The position numbers and the translations under genes are program-made. Below, piece after piece: positions 34,772 through 46,180 of a DNA stretch of 64,000 bases. Source of the stretch: Chiloscyllium plagiosum (Eukaryota); NCBI RefSeq assembly GCF_004010195.1, contig NC_057744.1:35782710-35846709 (forward strand), read 5' to 3'. The stretch's first letter is position 1. Each line of letters begins with the position of its first letter. The notes beneath the pieces are model-generated. The model was not told the origin of the DNA. It made no database searches and saw only the letters and a program-made list of their open reading frames with translations.

Positions 34772-36255
34772 TCATGGAATCATAGAGTCATAGAGATGTA
34801 CAGCACGGACGCAGACCCTTCGCTCCAACTTGTCCATGCTGACCAGACATCCCAACCCAACCTAGTCCCACCTGCTAGCACTTGGCCCTCTAGTTCTGGA
34901 CTCCCTGAACCCCCGGGAAAAGGCTTTGTCTATTTATCCTATCTATTCCCCTCATGATTTTATTAACCTCTATAAGGTCACCCCTCAGCCTCCGATGCTC
35001 CAGGGAAAACAGCCCTAGCCTATTCAATCTCTCCCTATAGCTCAAATCCTCCAAACCTGGCAACATCCTTGTAAATATTTTCTTAACCTTTTCAAATTTC
35101 ACAACATCTTTCCGATAGGAAGGAGACCAGAATTGTATGCAATATTCCAACAGTGGCCTAACCAAAGTCCTGAGGTAAAAACAATGACTGCAGATGTTGG
35201 AAACCAGATTCTGGATTAGTGGTGTTGGAAGAGCACAGCAGTTCAGGCAGCATCCAAGGAGCTTCGAAATCGACGTTTCAGGCAAAAGCCCTTCATCAGG
35301 AATAAAGGCAGTGAGCCTGAAGCGTGGAGAGATAAGCTAGAGGGTGGGGGTGGGGAAAAAGTAGCATAGAGTACATTGGGTGAGTGGGGGAGGGGATGAA
35401 GGTGATAGGTCAGGGAGGAGAGGGTGGAGTGGATAGGTGGAAAAGGAGATAGGCAGATGGGACAAGTCCGGACAAGTCATGGGATGGTGCTGAGCTGGAA
35501 GTTTGGAACTAGGGTGAGGTGGGGGAAGGGGAAATGAGGAAACTGTTGAAGTCCACATTGATGCCCTGGGGTTGAAGTGTTCCGAGGCGGAAGAGGAGGC
35601 GTCCTTCCTCCAGGCGTCTGGTGGTGAGGGAGCGGAGGTGGATACAATAAATGATATTAGTGGATGCTCAAGTAAAATTTTGATGGATGTGGAAGGCTCC
35701 TTTAGGGCCTTGGATAGAGGTGAGGGAGGAGGTGTGGGCGCAGGTTTTACAGTTCCTGCGGTGGCAGGGGAAAGTGCCAGAATGGGAGGGTGGGTTGTAG
35801 GGGGGCGTGGACCTGACCAGGTAGCCACGGAGGGAACGGTCTTTGCGGAAGGCGGAAAGGGGTGGGGAGGGAAATATATACAGCCACAACATGCCCTCCC
35901 AACTCCTGTACTCAATACTCTGACCAATAAAGGAAAGCATACCAAACACCTTCTTCAATGTCCTACCTACCTGCGACTCCACTTTCAAGGAGCAATGAAC
36001 CTGTACTCCAAGGTCTCTTGGTTCAGCAACACTCCCTAGGACGTTACCATTAAGTGTATAAGTACTGCTAAGATTTGCTTTCCCAAAATGCAGCATCTCA
36101 CATTTATCTAAATTAAACTCCATCTGACACTACTCAGCCCATTGGCCAACGTAATCAAGATCCTGTTGTAATCTGAGGTAACCTTCTTCGCTGTCCACTA
36201 CACCACCAATTTTGCTGTCATCAGCAAACTTACTAACTATACCTCTAACTATACA
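34772..36255 (-). mobile_element. CR1/HER1-type LINE 3' part, interrupted by a Penelope-like element
   Basis: ORFs MEFNLDKCEMLHFGKAN...RDLGVQVHCSLKV and RTLVRPLLEYCIQFWSPSYRKDV; (catagagt)n tail. Confidence 0.9.
35173..35878 (-). mobile_element. Penelope-like element, 3' part: Cys-rich linker, internally deleted GIY-YIG region, ORF end, and 3' region with a hammerhead core
   Basis: Minus translation gives FPSPPLSAFRKDRSLRGYLVRS...FPCHRRNCKTCAH and RLEEGRLLFRLGTLQPQGINVDFNSF. CTGATGA-A-GGGCTTTTGCCT-GAAA-CGTC at 35299-35272. The host CR1 rejoins across the insert (tcctg|tacagcc). Confidence 0.85.
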
Positions 36256-37384
36256 TCCAACAGTGACCTAACCAATGCATGTTCTTCAATCTCTTTTCAT
36301 CAGGTTCTTCACTTCTTTGCAGGGGGCACAGGGCAATTGGTACACAAGTTGACTGGTTAAGGGCAACAGCTTACAGCAACTTCAGAGAAAATAATTGACT
36401 TTCTTCAGTTTTCAGATTTTTCTTTGCAGAGAAGGAGACTCACAACCTGTCCTTTCAGAAGTCTGAAAGCTTCTCATGGCATTGTTCACACCCACAAGGT
36501 ATTTAGCTACTCAGGAAGTAATCAGATAGTTGCTATCAGGCTGATAACCTTTGGCATCCATAACTTGTCATAACTGCAGAAACCAACCAGTTACTTGGTG
36601 CCAGCAAATCACACATCACACACAGCCCCCAGGTACTAGGTCATTTACAAGCAGCTTCCCCCCATTGTTTGAACAATGCACCAGTATAAACATCACATTG
36701 AACGAGTTCCAATTAGTAGTTCCATAGTGTTTCAATTATTGTTTCACTCTAAAAACTAGCTTCCCCTTCAATTTGTTTTTCTGGTTACGGAAATGTTAGT
36801 TAAAGAACAACAGTATTTATAGATCACTGGATACACATCGAGTATAAGGTCACACAACATCAAAAAACAAATACATATTTTGAATATACACTCACACTCC
36901 TCCCCCTCTGGAAAAAGAACACCCAGATACATACAGCCTTAAATGGGAAACATACATGTGAATATTCACTGATGTGATACCCAAACAAACTCACTCCTGA
37001 ACATATATGCACCACTTCTGAACACATATAATCTTGAAAATGCTTTCATACTGTACACATGTTTAGCTTCTATTTGCTTGCTTAGAGTATTTTGGCTTGT
37101 GTGCGCTTGGTGTTGTGGGATTGAAATATTCAGTTTTAATTCTGAGTAAGTATATAATCTGGTTTGTGTTTTCTTGTTGATTTGAGTTTGGACATGTATT
37201 TTGGTACAGTGCAGGTGTACTTCAAGAATACATATGTTTGGGTACTATGAGTATATATATTAATGTACAAATATTTTGCTTCTGCGTCAATGAACTCCAG
37301 TTCAAATTCCATTCTGGATGTCCTTAATGTTGTGAAAATATATATACCTCATTTAAATATATGTGCAAGTCAATTTTTTTTCTA

Positions 37385-37672
37385 ATTCATGCATGGGACG
37401 AGGGCTTAACTGTCTAGGCCAGCATTTATTGCCCATCCTTAATTATGCAGAGGGCATTTAAGAGTCAACCACATTGCTGTGGGTCTGGAGCCACATGTAG
37501 GCCAGACCAAGAAAGGAGGACGGTTTCCTTCCTTAAAGAATGTTAGTGAACCAGATGCATTTTCCATCAATTGACAATGGATTCATGGTCATCATTGGAC
37601 TCTTAATTCCAGACTTTTTCATTGAAAATTCAAATTCTACTATCTGTTGTGTGATTTGATCCCAGGTTCCCA
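37385..37672 (-). mobile_element. SacSINE1/DeuSINE-type SINE
   Basis: Reverse complement reads tRNA-like B-box, then ctggttcactaacattctttaaggaaggaaaccgtcc...ggtctggcctacatgtggctccagacccacagcaatgtggttgactctt (Deu-domain-like, as recalled), then a gggcaataaatgctggcctag tail. Confidence 0.75.
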
Positions 37673-37689
37673 AAACAATTTATGTTTGC

Positions 37690-38420
37690 TGGTGCTCAGG
37701 CAAGTGTGCATGCTTGAGTGTCATATTAATATATTTGAGTGAATTTTAAGGGATAGGTACATGGTTTGGTGTTATGTAATATATGTTTGACTGCATATTT
37801 GGAAGTGTTTGAAGTGTATTTCCCAGTTGTGTCTGAGCATATCTTTGGGTGCTGTGTGAATGTTTATTTGGGTGGTATTTATGTTTGTGTGCTATTTGAC
37901 TGCATATTTGGATATATATATATATATATATGTATCTACTCTGTTAATATATGTTCAAAGTTAATTTTATATGTTTTGTTGCTTTGTGAGTGTATTCAAG
38001 ATATATGTATTTTGTGTAGTGTGAATGCATATGTTCCATAACCATCTATTTTGGAGCTGTGTGAATGTAGGTTTTGGTGTTTATGTTGTTGGATGTGGTG
38101 TGAGTCTTCATAAAACTGTGTAATTGCCCTGTTCTATGTGACTTTTTTCCAGCAGTATCTGTGTTTTACTGTCGTGTGAGTTTATATTTAGGTTTGTATA
38201 TGTGGGTGCTGTATTGGTATATATTTGGGTCTGTATATGTTTACATATTATGTGAATATATGCCATTGTGTACATGTTTGAGTGCTGTATGAGTGTATAT
38301 ATATTCAGATGCTGAGTGAGGGATATTTTAATTTGCATATATTTTGCTGCTGTGTGTTCATTTGTCTGTTTGGGAATTGTGTGAATGCATATTTTCATGA
38401 GCATATGTTTGAATGAATGA
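37690..38420. repeat. Degenerate TG/TA-rich minisatellite-like tract
   Basis: Recurrent atatttgggtgctgtgtgaatgt-like units; related blocks at about 37080-37370, 39500-39600 and 42330-42940. Confidence 0.65.
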
Positions 38421-39609
38421 CATTCACGTTTGTACTGTCACAAACAATTATAATATGATAAATTTTGTAACTTACTATAATCTTCTTTCTGAATTGACAT
38501 AAGAAGCATTAAAATGAATGGCTGCCAAAATTCACCTGACTTCTGTTGTGGATTCAATTGCAATCAGCCAGATGGAGGACAAACTATACTTACTTCAAGA
38601 AAGATTAAAAACAGACATTTGAAATTTAAACTGTATTCCAGAAGGGTAAACAGAAACACATTGGTAATCGTTTCTCTAGAGGTGTGACTATGCCATTTGT
38701 ATCTTATTAAGTTACTGGTTGAGACATTTAAAAAGTCAATTGTTTTGGCTAAAAGGCAATGGATGAGACTGTGCTCCAGACCTGGGTTCCCCCAAATTGG
38801 GATAGCAGCCGTGTTGAGTTGGTCCAGCTGAGAATAAGTATTATGTGCACAAGCCTTAGGAAATCCAGAACAGGTAAAGATAATTCCAAGCCACAATCTT
38901 CACAGAATTAACTGAGAACAGAATGTGCAAATTAGGTTTTTTCTTTTTGTCACCAGGACTTGCAGTGGAAAATATTCAGAAATCACTCCTGTTGTGTTGA
39001 AAATGAAATGAAGCAGTTTTCAAGTATCATACCAGCAGAAGAAGTAAGGAAAATGCACTTCACTTACTCCCCTGAACCATTGTACCTACTGAGCCCATCC
39101 ATAAAGGCAAATTCAGACTATTCAACCACACAAGCCTTCACTCCTGCTGAACACTCCTTAGTCCAGACATCGACATACAAACAATGAGCCTATAGCAATA
39201 CCTTTAAAGGTTTGAATTGAATTGTCTTTAAACAATTTTTAAACCCTTATTTTCATTTCATCCCTGCGTATATTTAGTTTGTTTATGAATTCTTCATTTG
39301 TATGTTTTGCTCAACTATTTTACAGCAGAATTTTGCAATTAATTAAATTTTATATTTACTAAGATTAAAGCTTTGCTGCAAGTTATTTTTAAATCAAATA
39401 ACTTGCAAACTAAAAAAAAACAGATTGGTATACATAAACACAGAAATTCTTAGCTCATAGGCCACTGAGAAAATTCCTTTTTCCGTGATGGTGACATATA
39501 TGGCTGTGTGCTGTGTGAATGTTTATTTCAAAATGTATCTGTTTAAATTCTCTGAGCGCATATATGGGCGTGTAAATGTTTGGATGTTGTATGAGTGATG
39601 TCTTTTTTT

Positions 39610-41335
39610 ATTAATTCATGGGATGTGGGTATTGCTGGCTAGCCAGTATTTATTGTCCATCCTTAGTTGCCCTTGAGAAGGTAATGATGAGTTACCTCTT
39701 GAACTACTGCAGTACATTTGCTATAGATGAATTCACAATGCTGTTAGGGAGGGAATTCCAAGCATTTTTTTTCCCAGTGAGGATGGTGAATGGTTTGGAG
39801 TGAAGCTTGCAATTTTTGGTGTTCTCTTGTACCTACTGCCCTTGTTCTTCCAGATGATAGTGTCTGTGCATTTGGAAGGTGCTGTCTAAGCAATCTTGGT
39901 AAATTTGTGGTACATCTTATAGATAGTACACACTGCTACTACTGAACATTGGTGTTAAAGGGATAGAATATTTGTGGATGTGTGCCAATTAAGTGGGCTG
40001 TTTTGTCCTGGATGGTATCAAGCTCCTTGAATATTGTTGAAGCTGCACTCATCCAGGCAATTAGGAGTATTCCATCACACTCTTCACTTATGTGCTTTGG
40101 ATGGTTGATATGTTTTGGGGAGTGTGGAAGTGAGTTACTTACTGCAGAATTTCTAGTTTCTGATCTGCTCTTCAAGCCACAGTACTTTTACAGCTTTTTG
40201 AGTTCAGTGTTGGTCAATGGTAACCCCTGTGATGTAGAAAGTGGGCAATTCAATGACGGTGATACTATTGAATGTCAAGGGATGATAGATTCTTTCTCAT
40301 TGGAGATAGTCATTGTCTGGCATTTGTGTTCTGTGAATGTTATTGCCACTTATTAGCCCAAGTCTGTATGTTGGCTAAATCTTGTTGCATTTAGGCATGG
40401 ACACTTCAGCATCTGAGGAGTTACAAATTATGCTGCACATTATGCAATCATCAGTAGAATATCCCTACTTCTAATTTTATGATGGAGAGGAGGTCATTGA
40501 TGAAGCAGTTGAAGATGGTGGGGCCAAGAACATTGACCTGAGGAACTCCTGTGGAGATGTCCTGGAGCTGAAATAGCTCACCTCAAACAATAACAGCCAT
40601 CTTGCTGTATGCCAGGTCTGACTCCAATCAGCAGAGAGTTTTTCCTCTGACTCCAGTTTTGCTGAGGCTCATCAGCTAAATGTACAGGGCAATCACTTTT
40701 GTATACTCTTTGGAATTCAATATGTAACACAGCTGCTATCCCAACTTGTCCACTTTTGAACTAGGGCTGTAATAAAGATAGAAGTCACACAACACCATGT
40801 TATAGTCCAACAGGTTTATTCCAAATCACAAGCTTTTGAAACGCTACACCTTCATCAAGTGAAGCCTAGGGCTGAGCTCAGGTTGTAATGACATCAGATG
40901 CTGAGTGGTTTGATGGAACCCAAATTGAGCATAAGCAGTTTATTATTAATCAGGTGTTACATGAAAGCACTGTTCGTAACATCTTTCATCACTTTACTAA
41001 TGATTGATGTGATTGTAATTGACTGGTTTGGATTTCTTTTGCGTTTTGCATTTAGAATATCCTTAGGCATTGTCAAGTAGAGGCCAATGCTGTAGCTATA
41101 CTGGAGCAACTTGTTTAGGGGCATGATGAATTCTGAAACACACGTCATCAGTACTATTGTTGGAATATTGTCAAGGCCCATAGATTTTGCTGTACCCAGT
41201 GCCATTAGCCATTTCTTGAACTCATGTGGAGTGAATTGATGTAGCTGAAGATAGGCATCTGTGATTCTGGGGATCACTGGAGGAGAACAAGATGGAACAT
41301 CCACTCAGCAATTCCAGTTGAAGACTGTTGCCCAT
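39610..41335 (-). mobile_element. Old L2/CR1-group LINE, 1.7 kb decayed RT
   Basis: Minus ORF QFTPHEFKKWLMALGTAKSMGLDNIPTIVLMTCVSE is an RT N-terminus; same 3' tail as the copies at 32650, 45150 and 51325. Confidence 0.78.
40780..40865 (-). mobile_element. Fragment of the second Penelope-derived family
   Basis: tcacacaacaccatgttatagtccaacaggtttatt matches 31733-31767 in reverse complement; the hammerhead core is decayed. Confidence 0.7.
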
Positions 41336-41993
41336 GCATCAGTTTTATTATTTATCATGAATGCTGAACTTTTAAATGATTGAGTTTTAAAACGTTTGAC
41401 TCAAAGTATAACGGAAAATTCAAGGTAAATATCTCAGCACAAAATCATATCCATAGGGCCTGGTTGCCCCAGGGAGAGTAACACAAGCAAAAGATTAGTA
41501 TGAAAGCCTTAATACAGACGCAGTAGTGGTACAGAAAATTTGGAATTACTTCAAAACATTTAGAGAATCTGCATCTTTTAACATTTAGAAAGAACATTAA
41601 TGAATTTTTGTACAATGATGAGTACTGATATGACTTGATGACTCCCAACCTGGAAGCAGCATCAATGAGGAGGGCATTAAAATATGGAGACCATGTGGCA
41701 CACTGGCACAAAAACAGAGGGACCAAGAGAAGAGAGGATCTGGGAGCTGTGATTGCTTTGGAAGCAAGTGTGCAACAAAAAAATTACACGCTAGAACCCT
41801 GTTTACATGAATGCTGCTAAATATGTAAAATTGGCAGCTGAGATCCAGATGAAAAAGTATTAGAATTTGCTTTGAATAACTAAAACTGACCTTACCGTTT
41901 GAGTAAACTGTCTACTTCTTCCCTGAAATGATATTTGTTGTATTCACCATTCCAAGTGCAGTATATAGTTCACACTGATCATAGTTTATGTAA

Positions 41994-42174
41994 GGAGAAA
42001 GTGAGGTCTGCAGATGCTGGAGAGCAGAGCTGAAAATGTGTTGCTGGAAAAGCGCAGCAGGTCAGGCAGCATCCAGGGAACATTCCTGAAGAAGGGCTTA
42101 TGCCCGAAACCTCGATTCTCCTGTTCCCTGGATGCTGCCTGACCTGCTGCGCTTTTCCAGCAACACATTTTCAG
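41994..42174. mobile_element. Young Penelope-derived fold-back: perfect 54-bp inverted repeat, hammerhead core in the loop, exact 14-bp TSD
   Basis: Arms 42029-42082 and 42122-42175 are exact reverse complements. The loop contains CTGAAGA-A-GGGC-TTAT-GCCC-GAAA-CCTC. TSD catagtttatgtaa at 41980-41993 and 42175-42188. Confidence 0.9.
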
Positions 42175-42329
42175 CATAGTTTATGTAACTCAATTTTAAT
42201 TTGAATTGATTCTAATCCACCTTAAACTTACAAAAAGTGGAATCTTGCCCAGAAATTTCTTCAGTTAGTTGTCATTCAGGAAATTTGCTTCTTTTGGTTT
42301 ATGAATCACATAGGGATTATAAACTGTTA

Positions 42330-42940
42330 TTTGTCTGTTTTCATATTTGAATATTGTGGGAGTGCACTATGTCAATGAATATTATGCATAAATGAATATG
42401 CATTTCTGGGTGCTGTTTGAGTGTATAATCAGTTGCGCATGTGTTTGGGGCTACATGTGCATATAACCATGTGAATGTATATTTGGGTGCTGTGTGATGA
42501 TATAATCAGGTGTGTATATGTTCCAGTGCTGTATGTTTCCATATTGAATGCATAGATGTTGAGTACTGTGCCAGTTCATATTCAGGGGTGTATATATTTG
42601 AGAGGTGAATAAGTGATTTTCAAGAGAGTATATATTATAGAGGAATCTTGATCATCCGGCATTTGATTAAGTGAATTTTGGATTATCTGAACAAGATCAC
42701 AAGGTCCTGATGCATGGCTAACTATGTTATTCCGCATTTGATTAACCGAACAAAATACTCATCACCCGTGTCTTTTGGCTAATCAAAGTTACTCTGTACA
42801 TCGGAGTGCTGAATGAATGATTTAGAGTTGTATACATTTCAGTGTGATGTGAGTAATATTTTGAGAATGGATATGTTTAGGTGCTCGCTGAGTGATATCC
42901 AGATATGTATATGTTGGATGCTGATATTTAAGTGCATATC
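42330..42940. repeat. Degenerate tandem array with a unit of about 38-40 bp, interrupted by a MITE
   Basis: Units such as tttgggtgctgtgtgatgatataatcaggtgtgtatatg and ttgagtactgtgccagttcatattcaggggtgtatata. Confidence 0.65.
42638..42796. mobile_element. Tigger/pogo-like MITE (about 159 bp) with TA target duplication
   Basis: Imperfect TIRs TA|tagaggaatcttgatcatccg and, in reverse complement, TA|cagagtaactttgattagcc; internal repeat gcatttgattaa twice. Confidence 0.6.
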
Positions 42941-42989
42941 TTTTGAAGATCTTTGACTGAAAACTAGAACATGAAATTACTTTCCTCAA

Positions 42990-44280
42990 GTTCTGTGAAA
43001 TGTGTAATTATTATTAAGAATATTTGAAAAGGACACTTAATAAAACTTATAGATTTTGTAAAAAGATTAATTCTAATTTTCTTAGAAGATAAGAAATGCT
43101 AGTCCTTGAGACCTGGTAACCCTTGATGTGGAAGCAGTACCCACAAGTAAAGAAGTTAAAATAAACCATGTACTGGCAGATACAGATTAGATGTGAGATA
43201 TAAAGGAGAGCTACAGGCTGAGGAGCTGGACGACGAAGATGAGCAGTAAACATATGCAGACCAGAAAAGAGAGCAGATAGAGACAGAAGGAGGTACACAA
43301 GAAACCTTGTGAGGAGAAACAAATCACTGTGGGAAGAATTCTGTTTTATTGCATTGGCAGAAAAGGAGACAAGCATTCTTAGAGGTGTTCTGTCTTGGCC
43401 AGGGTTTTTAAACTTGGAAAGAGATAGTAAAGAACCAGATGTTTTCCCAGAAATAGTGATCTGTACTTTGACTGGAAGTAGTGTCATATATTCTTCATGG
43501 ATTCCCCAGTAAATCTGTGAGATCCATCCTTGTTGTATCTATTAGCTGCTATTTAAAATATAATAAATACTTTAAACTGACTGAAATTTGTCTGATAACT
43601 TAAGTTGTTCTTTTTTTGATTAGTGAAATAAAAGTAAAATCTTGTCCATTGGCCTTTAATTGAAGTATGATTCTTTCAATCTGTTGGTCTCCAGAGAGAT
43701 CAGAATAAAATTGGGAGCTGATCCAGCATTAATCTGGAATTGGCTACGATATGTGTTCACTGAACCTTTGCAGAGTTCAAACAAATAAGATTTCATATTC
43801 ACTTTTAGTGTGTTCACTGGGGAATCAACATGTGCAGCTTTGATGGTTAGCCTTTGTGATGAGAGATGGCTTGTCTCTGAATGCCTCTAATCAGTCAACA
43901 GAAGATACCTTGAATGCCATTGCAAAACAAATGGGGGCCAGTTTCAGATCAAGAGTTAAGAAGGAAGAAATTGTTGGACAAATGGCTCAGTACATGAAGC
44001 TTGAAGAAGAAAAGGAAGTTTATGCCAATATTCAAGGAAAATCAACACTACTTCCATCTGAAAGTTAGCAAAAAAAGTTGGACAGTATAAGAAAAATCAA
44101 AGTAAACATTCAAAAGAGAATGTGAAAAAGGAAATTTAGAAATGGAGGCATTAGAATTGGAAAGAGGAATAATTCTAAATAAACAAATCTGTGTTGGGAA
44201 CAAAAGGTAAGGAAGACCTGGAACCAATTTCTTCTACTTCAGTTTTGGCAAAGAATATTTGCTTGAAACCAAACTAAAGT
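42990..44280 (+). mobile_element. Possible decayed Gypsy (Gmr1-like) LTR retrotransposon 5' part: LTR, tRNA-Pro-like PBS, gag start
   Basis: ttgggagctgatccagcat at 43711 resembles the PBS TGGGGGCTCGTCCGGGAT. Downstream ORF LNAIAKQMGASFRSRVKKEEIVGQMAQYMKL and a charged coiled-coil resemble Gmr1-type gag N-termini as recalled. Confidence 0.4.
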
Positions 44281-44291
44281 GATAAAGAAGT

Positions 44292-44604
44292 GGCACGGTG
44301 GCACAGTGGTTAGCACTGCTGCCTCACAGCACAAGAGACCTGGGTTCAATTCCCGACTCAGGCGACTGACTGTGTGGAGTTTGCACATTCTCCCTGTGTC
44401 TGCGTGGGTTTCCTCCGGGTGCTCCGGTTTCCTCCCACAGTCCAAAGATGTGCGCGTCAGGTGAAATGGCCATGCTAAATTGCCCGTAGTGTTAGGTAAA
44501 GGGGTAAATGTAGGGGAATGGGTGGGTTACGCTTCGGCGGGTCGGTGTGGACTTGTTGGGCCGAAGGGCCTGTTTCCACACTGTAAGTAATCTAATCTAA
44601 TCTA
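44292..44604 (+). mobile_element. HE1/V-SINE-type SINE, full length
   Basis: Runs from ggcacggtggcacagtggttagcactgctgcctcacagc to ctgtaagtaatctaatctaatcta. Confidence 0.9.
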
Positions 44605-45149
44605 AAGTGGATTTACTAGATTTTTGATCTTTGAGAGAATTGAAGGGCTAATGAAAATGGGAACTGGGTGAGAAAGTAGGAATTGAGGCAGAAGATCAAC
44701 ATTAATGGTGGAGTAGGTTCAATCAGTGGAGATTTTCAGGTGTATTTTTAGATGCCATATGAAGAATATTTGGGTGAAGAGATCACCCTGTTATGTGTGT
44801 ATTGTCCAAAGTACAAAACTAAAGAAAAACCTCTAGGTTTGTTTCAGTTTCTGTGCAATGCTATATTGTGAAAAAAAGGAGAGGTTGCAGGGTTTGGTGT
44901 GTGAATCACCGTGCCAAATGTAAAGCCTCACAAATCTAGACCGTTATCAGGACGATCACAATTCTTGAATATCTAACAGCCCCATAATATTTTGTCATAT
45001 TTAGCGGTTTGGACGTGTGATATCATGTTGCATTTTAGTGTCTCAACTCAGCTAAATTAATCACCTGAATGCGGGTGAATCCTTACTGCAGAAGACAGAA
45101 TTCCTGCTGCAATTCACCACACTAGATGCAAGTAGAATTTTTTTTCTTT

Positions 45150-46180
45150 ATACATGGGATGTGGGTGCTGTTGTCTCAGCCAGCATTCATTGCAAATTTC
45201 TTATTGCCTTGGAGGAGATGGTGGCAAGCTCTCTTCTTGAACTGCAGACAGCCACAGTGTTGCTGGGAAAGGAGCTTGGAATTTTGACCTGGTGTCAGTG
45301 AAGGAAAGACAAGTTAGTTCCAATTCAGGATAGTGTGCGAGTTGGAGACAATTGCATATGGTGGTATTCCCATGCACCTTTGCCCTTGCTGTTGCAGATG
45401 GTAGTACTTGTCGCCTTAGCTTACGTTTTGAGGAGTTGCCAATTTTGCTAAACATTGTACAAGCGTCAGTAAATGATCTCACTTCTGATTTTATGATGGT
45501 CAATGGTCATAGCTGTAAATGGTTGCAACTAGGACAATATTCTGAGAAACTCCTATAATGGTGTCCTGGGGCTGAGGCTTGATGGTCAGAAAAACACAAT
45601 AATCTTTCTTTGTGCTAGGTATGACTTCAATTAGCAGAGCATTTTGTTTTCCTTCTGATTCGATATTGTAGCCAGTTCTGCTAGTATGCCTTGATGCCCG
45701 ACTCAGTCAAATGCTACCTTGATGTCAAGGACAGTCACTCTCACCTCAGCTCTGCAGCTAAGCTTTCCTGTCCAAGTTTGGACTAAGGTTGTACTGAGGT
45801 CAGGAAATGAATGGCTCTGGCAGAGCCAAAATTGAGGATCTGTGAGCAAATTATTGCTGAGAAACTGTAGCTTGATTTCACTGTTGATGACGACACAGCA
45901 ATTGACTTGGTTGGATTTGTTCTGCTTTTTGTGGACATGACACAGGTGGGCGGTTTTCCAAATTGCTGGTTAGATGTCAGTGTTGTAGCTATACAGGAAC
46001 AGCAGGGCATGGCTTCTTCTGGAGCATTGAGACTTCAGTACTATTGGTGGAATGTTGTCAGGGCCCATTACCTTTGCAATATCCAATGTCTTTAGCCATT
46101 TCTTCATTTTAAGAGGAGTGAATCAAACATGACAAGTGGTATCCATGATGCTGAGTAGCTCAGGAGGATACTTATTGGAA
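45150..46180 (-). mobile_element. Old L2/CR1-group LINE, internally deleted
   Basis: Same tail catgggatgtgggtgc...ccagcatt; SEVRSFTDACTMFS is a decayed FADD motif; NPTKSIAV is the NPANYRPI-equivalent region. Confidence 0.72.

Noticed and set aside
42029-42175. miRNA precursor or DNA-transposon MITE interpretation of the perfect hairpin
   Set aside because: The arms are not terminal on both sides (35 extra bp on the left), the TSD is 14 bp, and the sequence matches the Penelope 3' end at 35173-35300, so a retroelement origin fits better.
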